DNA of 64,000 nt from Podospora anserina (Eukaryota). Positions 25,985 through 37,957 of the stretch are shown one piece after another. The notes under the pieces are model-generated. The model was not told the DNA's origin. It saw only the letters and a program-made list of their open reading frames with translations, and made no database searches. Where the stretch lies: contig CM030333.1 of NCBI GenBank assembly GCA_017654855.1, positions 2,170,001 through 2,234,000 on the forward strand, in the 5' to 3' direction. Each line of letters begins with the position of its first letter. Position 1 is the first letter of the stretch. The position numbers were made by a program, and so were the translations under genes.

Positions 25985-27453
25985 CTAATACTTGAGCCCC
26001 TTGATCCTCTTGGAGTACTTCCACAAGCTCTTGTACTTGGGCTTCTGCCTCTTCGCCTCCCAACCCCTCGCCTTCCTAGGCGGCTTGAGCGAGTGCACCC
26101 GCGGCTGCTTAAACTCAACATCCGCCCCCGGAATACCATGCCTCGCCATCACCTCAGCCGTATGCTCATCCCACACGCTCCTGAAAAGCGTGAACCCGAC
26201 CGGATTAAGATCAAACTTGTCCCTGAACGACTTGAGCGAGAACCCTTCTCTCCCACCGTACATCTCCTTGAGCTTGGCAAGATCAAGAGGCTGGTTGTTG
26301 TTGTGCTCAAGAACAAACACGCTCAGGCGGTGATAAGGTGAGCCCTTTTGGGCAGTGGGGGGCAGCCAAGGGATGGCGAGGGTGCCGTCTTCGGGGAGGC
26401 CGCCCTGGGGGGATTCAGAGCTGGCTTTGGAGTTGAGACGGTGGAGGTTGAGGGAAGTCGAAGTGGGACACCAGGGAATGTTGGTGACCATGAAGTGCAG
26501 CCGGCGGCCGTACGAGTCCGTCTCCGGGTTGGGAACGTCCGAGTCCATTACCACGACGGAGAGGAGACGCTCGCCAGAGTTGAAGACTTGCATGCGGAGG
26601 TTGGGGGGGCTTTCGGTGATGAGCGAGTCGAGGATGGTTCCGGGGGGTGCTTTGTAGCCGCGGAAGGTCATCTTGACGTCCATGGTTGGGTCGAACTTGG
26701 GGAGGATGTCGGGGACAATGTTGAACTGGTGGATACGCTGGGTGATGATCTTGTAGTCCATGGAGCGCCACTTGTTTTCGGCAAGGTAGCGGTAGATGGG
26801 CTTGTTCATGTCACCTGGGTGCATGTTAGTGAAAGCTGGCGGCAGTTTACAAAGGACATCAACGCACCGTGCCCGTCCTCGAACCGCCTCTTGACCATGG
26901 GGTCGTTGATATCGGCCTGAATCTTGAGCTCCTCGACATGTTTCCTCAAACTCTCCAACCGCTTCTGCTTAAACACCTCGCCTCCTCTGTAAGTGCTGGC
27001 GTCTGTCTGCTCTATCCGCTTGATTCTCGCCAACTCTGCCTTGATCTTGGCGATTTTCTCCTCCCTGTCCTTGGCCAAAACCTTGCGGGCCTCCTGGAAG
27101 CACTGGTATGGCAGCTGCTCGAAAGGAATGTCGCCTGTGGTAGCAATAGCAGCTCTCCTTCTCCTAGAACCAAGTTCTGGTGACAGCAGCTTGGCCAGCT
27201 CCTCCTCTGATCCCTGCTTGATTGCTGTGATCTCTGAGGCCTTCTTCTGGACAAGAACGGCAGCATCAGCGGCGAGCTTCTGCGCATCAGATCCTGCGGG
27301 GGTTGTCGTCGTGGGCTCATCGCTGCGACTGGGGGTCGACGAAAATTGGCGAATAGCGGCGACGATTGGCCTGGACTGACATGTTGCCGTGGTGCTGGTA
27401 GCTTGCCTGAGAGACCGCACAAGGGGCCGGGCAACCTGCTGAGTCCCCGACAT
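25985..27453 (-). CDS. mrpl35: Mitochondrial ribosomal protein mL38 (MRPL35, PEBP domain); exons 27453-26868, 26814-25985
   Basis: Presequence-like N-terminus [59 protein letters not shown], and PEBP motifs DSDVP and [14 protein letters not shown]. Intron GTGCGT..ACTAAC..CAG. Confidence 0.9.
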
Positions 27454-27849
27454 GATTTCTGAATATTTTGGAGCTGTCTTGGGCTCCCAATTCCACCTAT
27501 GCCCTGAGCTGTTGAGGATCTGGTCGGCCTTTCGCTTGTCTCTTGAGCCGGCGCCGATAGAGAAAATTCGTGGACCCATGCACGGCGGTTCATCCAGTCA
27601 GCTTCTCGCACGCCCAGGGGTCCAGTAAACGTCCGGCCTGGCAAGCGTCTGTGCGCCAACGACTCCAGATCTTTTTTCAGAGCTTCAAGAGCAGCAGCCA
27701 GCGACAGCCAAGATATTCGCGAATTGCCCGACAGAGCGGATATAAGGTCATTCTTGGGAGGGACGATAGCGGGCGCCTTCACTCGGCCTTTTTCTACAAC
27801 CCGCCGCTTTTCTGGTCGAGCACCGATTGCCGACGACAGACCCCCCGCA

Positions 27850-28974
27850 ATGGCCGGCAAGGGGATGAGGTGCCTCAGCGAGGCGATGAGGGGCTTGAGC
27901 CTCGGTGCGCAAACATGCAGAACAGTCCCAGTGTGTATTTTCTGTCCGGCCTTGGTTCTGGGTTAGATTTGGACAGTCTTGCTGATATGCTGTGCCCATG
28001 ACCAGGTCCGCACAGCTCCGTTAATATCAAGGCGGTCCATGGCCACCGAGGCGCCCGTTTCCAAAATCACACGATCAGTAGCTGAGAAATGGACTCCCAG
28101 TATGCGATAGCCTCACTCGGTCTACGAATGACCATACAACAGTGATCTTCTTGCTAACAGAGCAATAGTCACCACTGTCCCTGTTACCGTCCACTCCTTC
28201 CCCGACCTTGCCCCCCGCTCCCTCGAAACATACTCAGCCAAGCACCTCTACCTCCCCCTCCGCCGCGACATTCTTCACCTTGCGGTCGTCTACGAAGGTG
28301 ACAACACACGACAGGGTACGGCCCAAGCCAAGACTCGCTGGGAGGTCGCCGGTTCCCACAGAAAGGTTCGCCCACAAAAGGGCTCGGGCAGAGCTCGTGT
28401 TGGCAACAAGCAATCACCGCTACAGCGCGGTGGTGGTAAATCCCACGGTCCCCGAAACCGCGATTTCGGCACCAAGCTCAACCGCAAGGTCTACGATCTG
28501 GCCTGGCGCACAGCTCTTTCTTACCGGTATCGCCGTGGCGAGCTCATCGTTACCGAGGACGGGCTCGATCTCCCTCTCCCTGAGGACTTCCTCCAGCAAG
28601 CCCAGGACGGCCTCTTGACCCGCGAGCTTGAGGATGCCTTTATTGAAAAGTACGTTGGCGAGATGCTCGGAGCGATGCAGTGGGGCAAGGCTCATGGCAG
28701 GACGACATTCATCACGGGGGAGGAGCGGATGAACCTGTTCACCGCGATGGGGGTGGCAGGTGAGAACGGCAGGGCTTTGGAGCTGGAGGATGTGGATGTC
28801 AAGGATTTGCTTGAGACGGGCAGGATTGTCGTGGAGAGCTCGGTCCTGAAGGAGATGATCAAGCGGCATAGGAGTGATCTGGTGACGAGCATTTTCCTGC
28901 CTGGCCAGAAGAACACCAAGGAGACAACAATGGGCACTGTTGTTTACCCGTCTAGCAAGGTTTCATATACCTAG
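27850..28974 (+). CDS. yml6: Mitochondrial ribosomal protein uL4m (YML6); exons 27850-27930, 28006-28099, 28169-28974
   Basis: Spliced frame gives LYLPLRRDILHLAVVYEGDNTRQGTAQAKTRWEVAGSHRKVRPQKGSGRARVGNKQSPLQRGGGKSHGPRNRDF, the uL4 signature. The ORF track shows only the last third. Confidence 0.9.
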
Positions 28975-29357
28975 TTCAGAGTTGATGGAGGCCCTGGTTT
29001 GTATTATACACTAAAAGAAACACTGCTGAATTAGGGGCAGTTGTTGTATGTAAATTGTTACTATTTTGGAAGCCATGTACTATTTGGTTTGCCGTTTGTG
29101 CTTCTTTTGGGCTCCTGCTTGTATAACCTCAGATAGACGCTGCAGAGGGTGCTCAAGGACTTTGTAGCACTGTCAGATGACTCCTGCCATGAGGATTGCT
29201 GCCAGTGCCCAACAACTGCCTTGTGTGGGTGGTGAGTGCGTGTTGCAAGCCACAATCAATGTCATCGCCGATTTACACAGTGCCAGCTGTGGAGCAGCAG
29301 TCAGGAGCAGGCAGAACGCCCCGCTTTTTCATGTGCGAATTTGCAGGCGTGCACAGA

Positions 29358-29378
29358 CCAATCCCCTTGTGTATATAA
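29358..29378 (+). promoter_or_regulatory. CCAAT and TATA box upstream of U4 snRNA
   Basis: CCAAT at 29358-29362 and TATATAA at 29372-29378, then a pyrimidine tract leading to the predicted U4 start at ~29429. Confidence 0.6.
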
Positions 29379-29428
29379 TTTCGCCCGCCCTCCCGTCAAC
29401 TTCCTCTCCTTCTTCTTTTTTTTTCTCC

Positions 29429-29556
29429 ATCCAAGTGCAGGGGTTTTACGCGTATCAGTGAGGATTCGTCCGAGATCGCGTTTTTGCTAGTTGAAAACTA
29501 CATACCTGACCGCTCTTGTTGGGACTCGTTCCTGGCAGGGAATTTTTGGAATTACC
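29429..29556 (+). ncRNA. U4: U4 spliceosomal snRNA
   Basis: 5' ATCCAAGTGCAGGGG (U4/U6 stem II strand). Kink-turn stem-loop ACGCG-TATCAGTGAGGATTCGTCCGAGAT-CGCGT, whose core is essentially the yeast U4 sequence. Stem I strand TGCTAGTTGAAA, a 3' hairpin, and Sm site AATTTTTGG at 29541-29549. Ends are approximate. Confidence 0.93.
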
Positions 29557-31253
29557 AACTTCTTCAGCTTTGGAGAGAAATTCTGGTCTTGTTTTTCATT
29601 GCCAACGCTTGCTTGGTTCGAGCGTGGCAAGGAAGAGCGGCGATTGGATTGTGGGACGGGGATTACAACGAATCGAACACGACTTGTCTAACAGCGACTT
29701 TTTGATTTTGGCGCTGCGATGGGAGGGTCGTCTTTTTTGGGTTGACCAGTCTGTGATGGTCACGACTTTGATGAGAGGGGCTGTGCTTGGACAACTTCGA
29801 AACATTGGTCTCTGACGCGGTCGCCCGGGCGGTCACTGAGTCGAGAGGGAAGAGTCGCACGACGTGTCAGAGTTGGGCCGGCTCGTGATGCAACAGTGCT
29901 TTTGAGTTTTGAGCGTGTTCAACAAAGTTTGATATGGGTGGTGGAGTTGTGGATTGCTGGCGTTTGATAATATCGAAATTTGGCCCCGCCATGAGTTGTC
30001 GCTCGTGGGCTGGTTATCATCACCCGCCAGCACTGCTCTCCAGATTTGTCAGCCCATCTCACGCACTGTGTAACCCCCCATATTCGTGACTCTCTCTATT
30101 CCAACAACCCTGCTGTAAATCATCGAGAATAGTAGTGATAATGAGCATCTTGACAATGACATGAATGGGATATAGCCAAATGACGTCGTGCTACATGCTG
30201 AGGATATGCAACGGCGATCGCTTCAGCCCAGCGGTCTGGACAGTGAGGTTTGAGGTTCGTAGGTTTGCGGCACATCAGCCCGATTTCTTCAGGGCGGTCC
30301 AGGGGGGCCGCCGCTTGTTGCCTGGGTGGGTGGTGTGCAGGACAACGTCCGATGGACCAACCGATCAACAGAAACGCCGGCTCCTTGGTGTGACTCTTTA
30401 TCAATCACACGGAATTCTCGGAGTCAGAGAGAGAACTGAATAGCGTCTTAGAATGATATGATAACTGAATGGATAATGGCAATGGTATCTCCTCAATTTA
30501 TCGAAGATGGAAATTGATAATGGACATCCGGCGGGCAGCGGGCCGTCGAGATCAAATCGCCAAAAGGCTGGATGCAAAGCAGGCACCCGATTGGCTGGCG
30601 CGCGAGGGTTGCGCGACCAGTTCAGGGAGAGTGGGTTCGTGTGGGTTAGAGTGGGGCGTGTGGCAGAAAGAGACTTCCGCACTGTCCAGTTCTGGGAGCG
30701 GCCAAGTGACCGAACGGCTTCTACCAAGGAAGGCGAGCACCGCAGCACCTCCTCTCCTCCATCATCATCCATCAAACCTCACAACCGCCCATCGCCCAAC
30801 CGCCTCATTCAATCGCCCAGAGCCCCAGAAGAGGCCCGCGACCGCCGAAAACCACCGATTCCCGTCATAGAGAACGGTCTGAAAGCATTCACCGCCCCGA
30901 AATCCGATTTTTCGAGTCCGCCGCTGCAGCAGGAGGAGTGCATGTTGCTGGATTGAGGTTCTGCGAAGCCGTCGTCGGCGCTTTCGCGCGACTCGCCCAC
31001 AACAACCTCCTCCCCCGCCCCAGGCCCTTCCCGCATCGCATCTCCGACTTTTCCATCGAGCGAAGCGGTCTATCATCCCCAGGCCGCCATCTTCTTTGCG
31101 AATCCGATACCGACCGCTTGTTTGTGGTTCAATTTTTTTTCTTTGTCCGTGTCGCCACTCCGCTCGGGTGACGGTCGCGCCAAGGATTTTCTCTCGGTCA
31201 CCCTTACCGTCCCGACCACATCGCATCATCTCGCCATTGTCGGTCGGTCCATC

Positions 31254-32434
31254 ATGTCCTTCCACCCTCAGACTCCGCAAAGCCCCTCGCAATTCTCTCC
31301 TGGCACGAGCGACCAGAATATGAGCATGAGCAGCTCCATGACCTCCATCACGACCGCTCTGCCGACTCCTGCCCACAGCGTAAACGGAAGCACACTACCT
31401 ACCGACGCCTCCCAGGACGTCGTCATGGGCGGAGACTCCCCCCACAAGCGCAAGCGAGCCTTTGACGATCTCGGTGATAGACAGCAGAAGAAGGTGCACA
31501 GCGAGGGCCGCAAACTTGGTATTGATGACCTGCACCTTGATGTGGGCGAGAAATACCTCCTTTGCAGAACTCGTAAGGCTCCCTTGAAACTCAGTGATGA
31601 ATGCGGTGGTTTCTTGGTGACTACTGCTTTTTGTTCAAAGACTTGGTTAACACGTGCTCTTTCTAGCCCATCCTACGCCGCGCCCGCATGTGTCGGAAGA
31701 TCTCTTTGAGCTCTACGGCTTGGGACCTCTTGCCGACTCGGTAGCCCGCGTGCTTCCGAACGGTGAGAAGAATGCGATCAGGAAGACGTACAAGGGTTTT
31801 ATCAAGAAGCTCGGCGTTCAAGGCCACTTCGACTCGGTCAAGCAAGATCCCCACCGCGAGGATAGCATGCTCTGGTTGATGCAGGTGCCCGAGGATGTTT
31901 GGGATGCAAGATACGTCAGGGGCAAGGATATTCACCACGGATTCAACCCCGAGGTCAAGAGCAAGCTGGTGCGTGCTACGACTATGAGCAAGGGTGTCGT
32001 TCCCAAGAGTGTCTGGGACAGCTCGGTCTTGGGCGAGATTGGCCCCGGCAAGGGCGACAGAGCCATGTCTTCTGCCAGACCTACCGCACCCAACACCCCG
32101 CTCAACCTTGGAGGGTCTCAACAGCCTCGTATCAAGGTTGGCACTCCGGTCGCTGCCCAGGATAGGGCCAAGCGTGCCGTCAAGAAGAGAAGCTACGGTG
32201 ACAGCAGCTTCGAAGGCTACGGCGAAGGCTTTCCAGACGATGACACAGGCGCTGCGTCAGGCTACTCTACTGGAGAGGGTGATATGGCGTCTGGGAACAA
32301 GCGCAGAAAAAAGGTGCTTCTTCATGGCTGATCTCGAGCATCGGGGACATCTTTTACTGACACGTGAACAGACCCATGGAGTCTCACAGGCCCATCCTCA
32401 AGCCCGGCAACCGGTCTATGGCGCTGGAACTTAG
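31254..32434 (+). CDS. med19: Mediator subunit MED19 (Rox3); exons 31254-31572, 31667-32313, 32372-32434
   Basis: [98 protein letters not shown] and a C-terminal NLS KRRKK. Typical of Pezizomycotina Rox3/Med19. Confidence 0.82.
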
Positions 32435-34490
32435 GAGTATCCAGCTGCTGAGTCCAGCCAGCCGCCGCCCGAGCGTGTCACCAAGTCGCAGACTGCTACC
32501 AAAAAGCAAACTGCAAACGGTGGTGCCAAAGCACAGGGACGAGGACGCCGGCCACGTGCCGATTAGAAAAGCCACACCTACCAGTGTTCAGGGTGATACC
32601 TGGTGTACCGGTTGACGATGACCTTGGCTCGCCCGCGACGCATCATACAATGTTTTGCCTTGTCTTGCCTCTTTGCGCGGAGAGTTGACAACCGAGACGA
32701 AAAGACGGTCACAGCTTTTGGAGCCTTTTCTTTGCAACGAATGTGGTCGGCAGCAACAGCGATTGGTATCGACCCGCGAACTTGAGACGCTAGCTGCATA
32801 GTTGATGAGTACGGCATCGATTTGATCAAAACATACCCATCAACTTGAATTTCCGGTATCCGTCAGTCTATACGGCCTTGTCTCAATCGCAATCAACCGA
32901 TCCTTTCGCGTTTGTTGGATGGCTTTCGTTGTCGAGCAGAGGGCATTGGCTTTGTGGGTTCACCACAATCGTGGGCTAACATCGAGGGCATCATCGGGGG
33001 ACACAAGAAACACTGATATTTTGCATTTTGCAAATTTGATTTTTCAGCAAGGCGTTGGGGTTTAAGGTTCTGTCTTTTTATTTTACATTTAATTTGATAT
33101 TCCCCGGGGGAGGGAACAACACAAAACAACAAACAAACAAGCTTTATACCTTTTGGGGGACCAGGGTTACTTGAGGCATTTCAACGTTCTTGACATTTGG
33201 CGAGGTGGGGACGGGGGAAACGTTCACAAAGATCATACCAAGGACATGAGAAACATGATGAGAGGGCACATTGGGGGGCTTGATTATTCTGACGCGCGCG
33301 AGGTTCTGTATTCTTGTTTTTCTTTGCTGAGGGGCAGCAGGACAGGGGACCTACATGGACCAACGGAGGACCGAGGCCGGGATCATAAGGAAACGGGTTT
33401 ATGAAAAGGGGGTTTAGAGAGGGTTGACCGGCTGGCTTCTTCTTTTTTTATGAGAGGAGTTTTGATATCGCAAGGGGTGGTGGGTGAGTTTCCTGGTCTA
33501 TATGGTCTGTGGTTTTGGGGTTGGTGAGGTTGCTGCTTTTGTCTTCCGGGGGGAGGCAAGATGATGTGGTGGGGAGTAGGGAGAGATGGTGGTGGGGTTA
33601 GGTGATGATGGGGTGTGAGAAGGAGGGAGTGGAAAAGCGATAATAAAGCAGCGTTTGCTATCTTATTCCTGTGTGCCGTGATGTGATTGTGATGTGCGTT
33701 GTTCCTCCCTCCAGATGGGCTGTTCAGTTTGATGAACCTTTTTGTTGCAACCAGGTATTGTCTAGGGAGCCACATTTGGTGCAATTGGATGGGTGGTCTT
33801 ACGAATGTCCGTCAGGATGTCCCCTTTTTCCTTCTGCGGCTGCAGTTGATAGGTAGTTTGTAGTTGATAGGTAGTCCTTGGTGATGACGGTTGTGGTCTA
33901 CCCAGTTGCATGCGCGTCGGGAGAGATATTTATATTTCCTGCTGGCCAGGCCGGTGGTGATTCACACTATCCGAGTCATCAGTTGTTGAGCGATAGGCGT
34001 TTACGCCATCTGCTCGTGTTCTTACCGAGTACCAGTTGAGCACAACTCAGACGACCATGGTTTTAGTCACGCCTTCATTCAGCCACACCAAAGGTTACCA
34101 CAACCCATGTCTAGGGTCGGGAGCCAACAAGTCCCGGTTTTGGGGGGGGGAGGGCGTAGTCTTGCAGGTAAGATTACCGAGAGGTTGTTGCGTAGATGTA
34201 AGGTTGTGGCGTGGTGTCTTTGCCGCAGGGGTTGGGATGATGGGGGAGATTTGATATCAATCTTCAAATCCGACTTTGTGTTTCTGGTCAAGTAGCAATT
34301 CTGTTGCATTGACGAAAGCTCCACAACCACCAGGTCAATATACCAAGCCACATCACGAAAAAACCAAAGCCTCGGGGTGTAGTACTGCCTAACAATTGAT
34401 ATCCCCCCCAAAGACAGACACACCTTGATGCCATCACTCGTTCTCTGTCTTTTGTACGTACCAACCAAAGATTACACATTACAACAAAAT

Positions 34491-36571
34491 CTAATCCAAA
34501 TCCTCGCCCTCCTCCCCCAAAACAACCCTCCTCGTCCCATCCTCCCTCACCCAACCAGCCACCATCTCCCCCACATCCCCCACCAGCAGCTCATAATGCG
34601 GCGCCGTGTCAAAAAACAGTCCACAATGAGCCCCCACCTCGTCCACATCCCGCATGTAGACCTGAACCCAGCACTTGTCGTCCCGTTCCCTAGGCAAAAG
34701 ACAGAATTTCCCGAGCCGTTTCTTCCCACCTGCTTCTTCATCATCTTCTTCTTGTTGATCCAAAGAGGAGGTTTTGTGGAGTTTATTCCTCTGCTGACGG
34801 TCCTGCTCCTTTTGGCGTAGTCTCTCTTCCTTTTCTCGGACTTTCGCCTCGGCTTTGGCTTGCTTTTCCGCCTCTTTGGCTTTTTGGGCTCGGAGCTTTT
34901 CTTCTTCTTTGGCTTTTTGAGCAATGGCCTTCTCCCGGGCTTTTATGGCTCTGGACCGGGATTTGACCGCTTCTTCGTATGTCTTTTTGGTCTGCTTGTA
35001 AGCCTTTTCTGCTTGTTTGCGGGTTTCTTTGTCGGGGAGGGAATCAAGATCCGGGGGGGTAGGTGGGGTTGGTTCATCTGGGATGGGGGGGAGGGTGTCA
35101 TCTTCTGGTGGAGGTGGTGGTGGCTGGGTTGGTTCTGGTGGTGTCGGGGAGGAAGATTCCTCTTTTTGCGGTTCTTCCTCCAGGGGTTCTTCTTCAGGTA
35201 TTGGTGTTGGGTCCAAGACCTGAAGAATCTCTGCAGCTCTGCCTGCCTCGCTGTGGTCTTCTATTGAAATCCTGGGGGTGGACACCCCTGATTGTATCGG
35301 TGACGAGGTTGACGGTCTGAGAAGGCCATTGTCGGGGGTGCCGGGTTTTCGTGGCTTCTTTGGGATGCCGGTGGAGACGGTGTAGTAGTTTACGAATCTG
35401 ACTCTGGGGCCGAGTTCGGGGTGGGCTATGTCGTCAATGTCTTCTAGTTGACGGAGTCTTTTGTACCTGGTCTTTAGGCCGTTCCAATCAGCGAGGCAGC
35501 CGCCGAATTCAAGATGAGAGACGATGTGGCTGGCTGCTGCTTCAAAGAGGTTCTCTTGCTTGTGTTTTTGGGCAAAGTGGGCTATGTTCTTGATCCAGCC
35601 GCGATCGATGAAGGCGACGTCGTTGAAGAAGGTTGGGTTGTAGGTTGGGTCCGGTTCTGTGGCTGCAGGTGGAGATGGGAAGGGATATTGTCCGAGTGTA
35701 GGGGAAGGTGCCCCTGAGGGAGGCCGGATTTGCTCGTAGATTGAGGCATCGGGAGATAGACGACCTGATGGTGATGGTGCAATATCCCTGGGTATCACTG
35801 AGTCTGAAGATGTCCTATCTAGTGCTGTAGGGGGTGGAGGTGAGGGCCTGAAGAGACTGGCGATGCCGGATACAACGATACCAGGGTGAAGGCCAAGTAA
35901 GGGAGCGTCGAGAGAAATGCTCCCTAGGATCCGGTGACGGAAAGGAGGTCCTCCGCTTGGTGGTGCGTCATGTCTTGGCTAATGGGGGTTGATGTTAGCT
36001 CAAGACCTTGCCTCAGTGGAACATATTCACAACAGCGGCCGCCCCCAATACAGACCGCCGTGGCTGCTTATTTTGTTATAGACAAACTTACCAACAAGAC
36101 AATATCGGCAGCCAGAAGCCCTCCCATGGAATGCCCTACCAATACCACGTCGGTGGTGGGCGATTCATGAGGCATCAGCCACTTGCTGAAGTTCTCGCAG
36201 GCCACCTCGATAGACTTGTATGTCTTGTACCGGGGGTAGATCTTGGTGTGAATGACATGAGTCTCGGCCAGTGCCTCCTTGAGAAAAGCATGCACGTGTG
36301 CGGGAAACGAGCGGAATGACGAATCGTTGCCCATGAAGCCGTGGATGTAGATGACCAGCAACTTGCGCCTCCTTGGTTGGCCATGCTCCTCCATACTCAA
36401 CCCCGCCGTCGAGGACACCAATGACTGTGTCGAAGACATGCGGGGATCGCGGACCAGACCCGGACCAGATGACCATGTTGGCAACCTGTAGGGATCAGAC
36501 GCACCTGGCAGCTGGAGGGTTGAGTGCACAGACGGTGGTGGTGATAGGTTCGAGCTTGTGGTTGATGGCAT
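34491..36571 (-). CDS. Putative serine hydrolase (alpha/beta fold, DUF676/lipase-like) with Pro-rich and coiled-coil C-terminal region; exons 36571-36092, 35978-34491
   Basis: LLVIYIHGFMG, nucleophile elbow VVLVGHSMGG, ILGSISLDAPLLGLHPG and C-terminal DEVGAHCGLF (candidate catalytic His). Intron GTAAGT..GCTAAC..TAG. Confidence 0.8.
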
Positions 36572-37957
36572 GACGTCAGAAACGCTAGACTAGTTGAATT
36601 TGACGATATGTTAAGATCTGATAAACTACACAAAATCTCGGGTAAGACAGAACAGGATGTCTCTGTTCAACGACAGCAAAAACGTGGCTCTACAAACATG
36701 CCAAAATGAGGCTGTGTTCCTGACTGGAGCTTCAAAAGATGTATGTGGTGGTGGTTGGGTGGCAGGTGGAGTGCAGTGCAGTGCAGTGTGAGTGCCCAAG
36801 AGGTGAAGTTGAAAGCAGAGCAGTTGGAGCTAACGCAGGTTACCCAAAGCCCCCTCTTCTTCGTCCGATGTTGCGCTACGCTGCGTATCTTCCGGTACCC
36901 GTGATTCCTCCGAGTCGGCTCGGATTGCCCTACCCTACCGTGCCTACCCAATATCGAAGGGGAGGGCAGGGAAGGGTAGGGAACGGAGGTTTATTTTGAA
37001 ACGATCGATGGAGCCAACGAGTGTCAACTATGGAGTCGTGGAAGCGCCGATATCTGTTCATGATACAGAGTATCGGAGACAGTTCTCGTCCCCTATGGTC
37101 ACCGCCGACACGTGAGACATGGCAGGCCCTGTTCCCGTTTGGTGTAACGTCTTGACTTGGCCGTTCCCCAAATGAAGCTCGTGTTCTTCTGGTGTCGATA
37201 GGCAGAGGGCAATTCTGGCCCCAAGAATGCATATCGAAAGAGTGGGCCAATGAGGGGGTGGACACGCGCAATCCCGCAGGGCAGAGCCATCTGTGATTGG
37301 CCAATGGGCGTCGGGGGTGTTGAAGAAGAGCCAACCCTCTGTGGGAAGCGAGATTGCAGAACAGGCTCAGGCTTGATGCCCACCGCCAGCCCTGGGCTGT
37401 TTCTTCAACGGCCAGCAGCAATTTTAATTACTGACTGGAGGATCCTATATCCACGTCGGCGCCCTTGCTTGGTGTTTCTTGCCCTTTCCGATCTCTCTCT
37501 TTTTCTTTTTTTCTTCTTTTTTTCCCCCCCTCTTTGCAGTCCAGTACAGTCCCAGGAGCACCAGATCCCGCCCCAAACACAGGACAGCGACACACCCAAC
37601 ACAACGCAGCGCGGAAGCCCCCCATGGAGGAGATTGCCAGGAGAGGACAACGATCCTAAGAAAAGGTGTCGACACAAACTCACGATGGAATGATAGCGAC
37701 CATGACTATGCCAAGTCAACTGCACCGAATCACGCAGCACCACATCCATTACGAGCTGCGGCAATCCAACGCAGCACCGCCAACCCATCGAATACGGGAT
37801 TCCTCCTGCTAGGGCCCTGCCAGGCGAACACCAATACGGGTCCCGTACCGACTACCGATCACCGAGACACGCCCAACACTCCTTTTTGGGCAACGAATAG
37901 CTGCCGTCACTCGTTTTTTCCCACTTTTTTCCCAGTTGCGCTGCCTACGCAAGCGCC

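Noticed and set aside
33181..33911. Possible spliced orphan gene on the minus strand (ATG 33911, donor GTAAGA 33802, His/Pro-rich ORF)
   Set aside because: No convincing branch/acceptor giving a credible protein. Low-complexity composition and a short direct repeat (33845-33874) explain the open frames.
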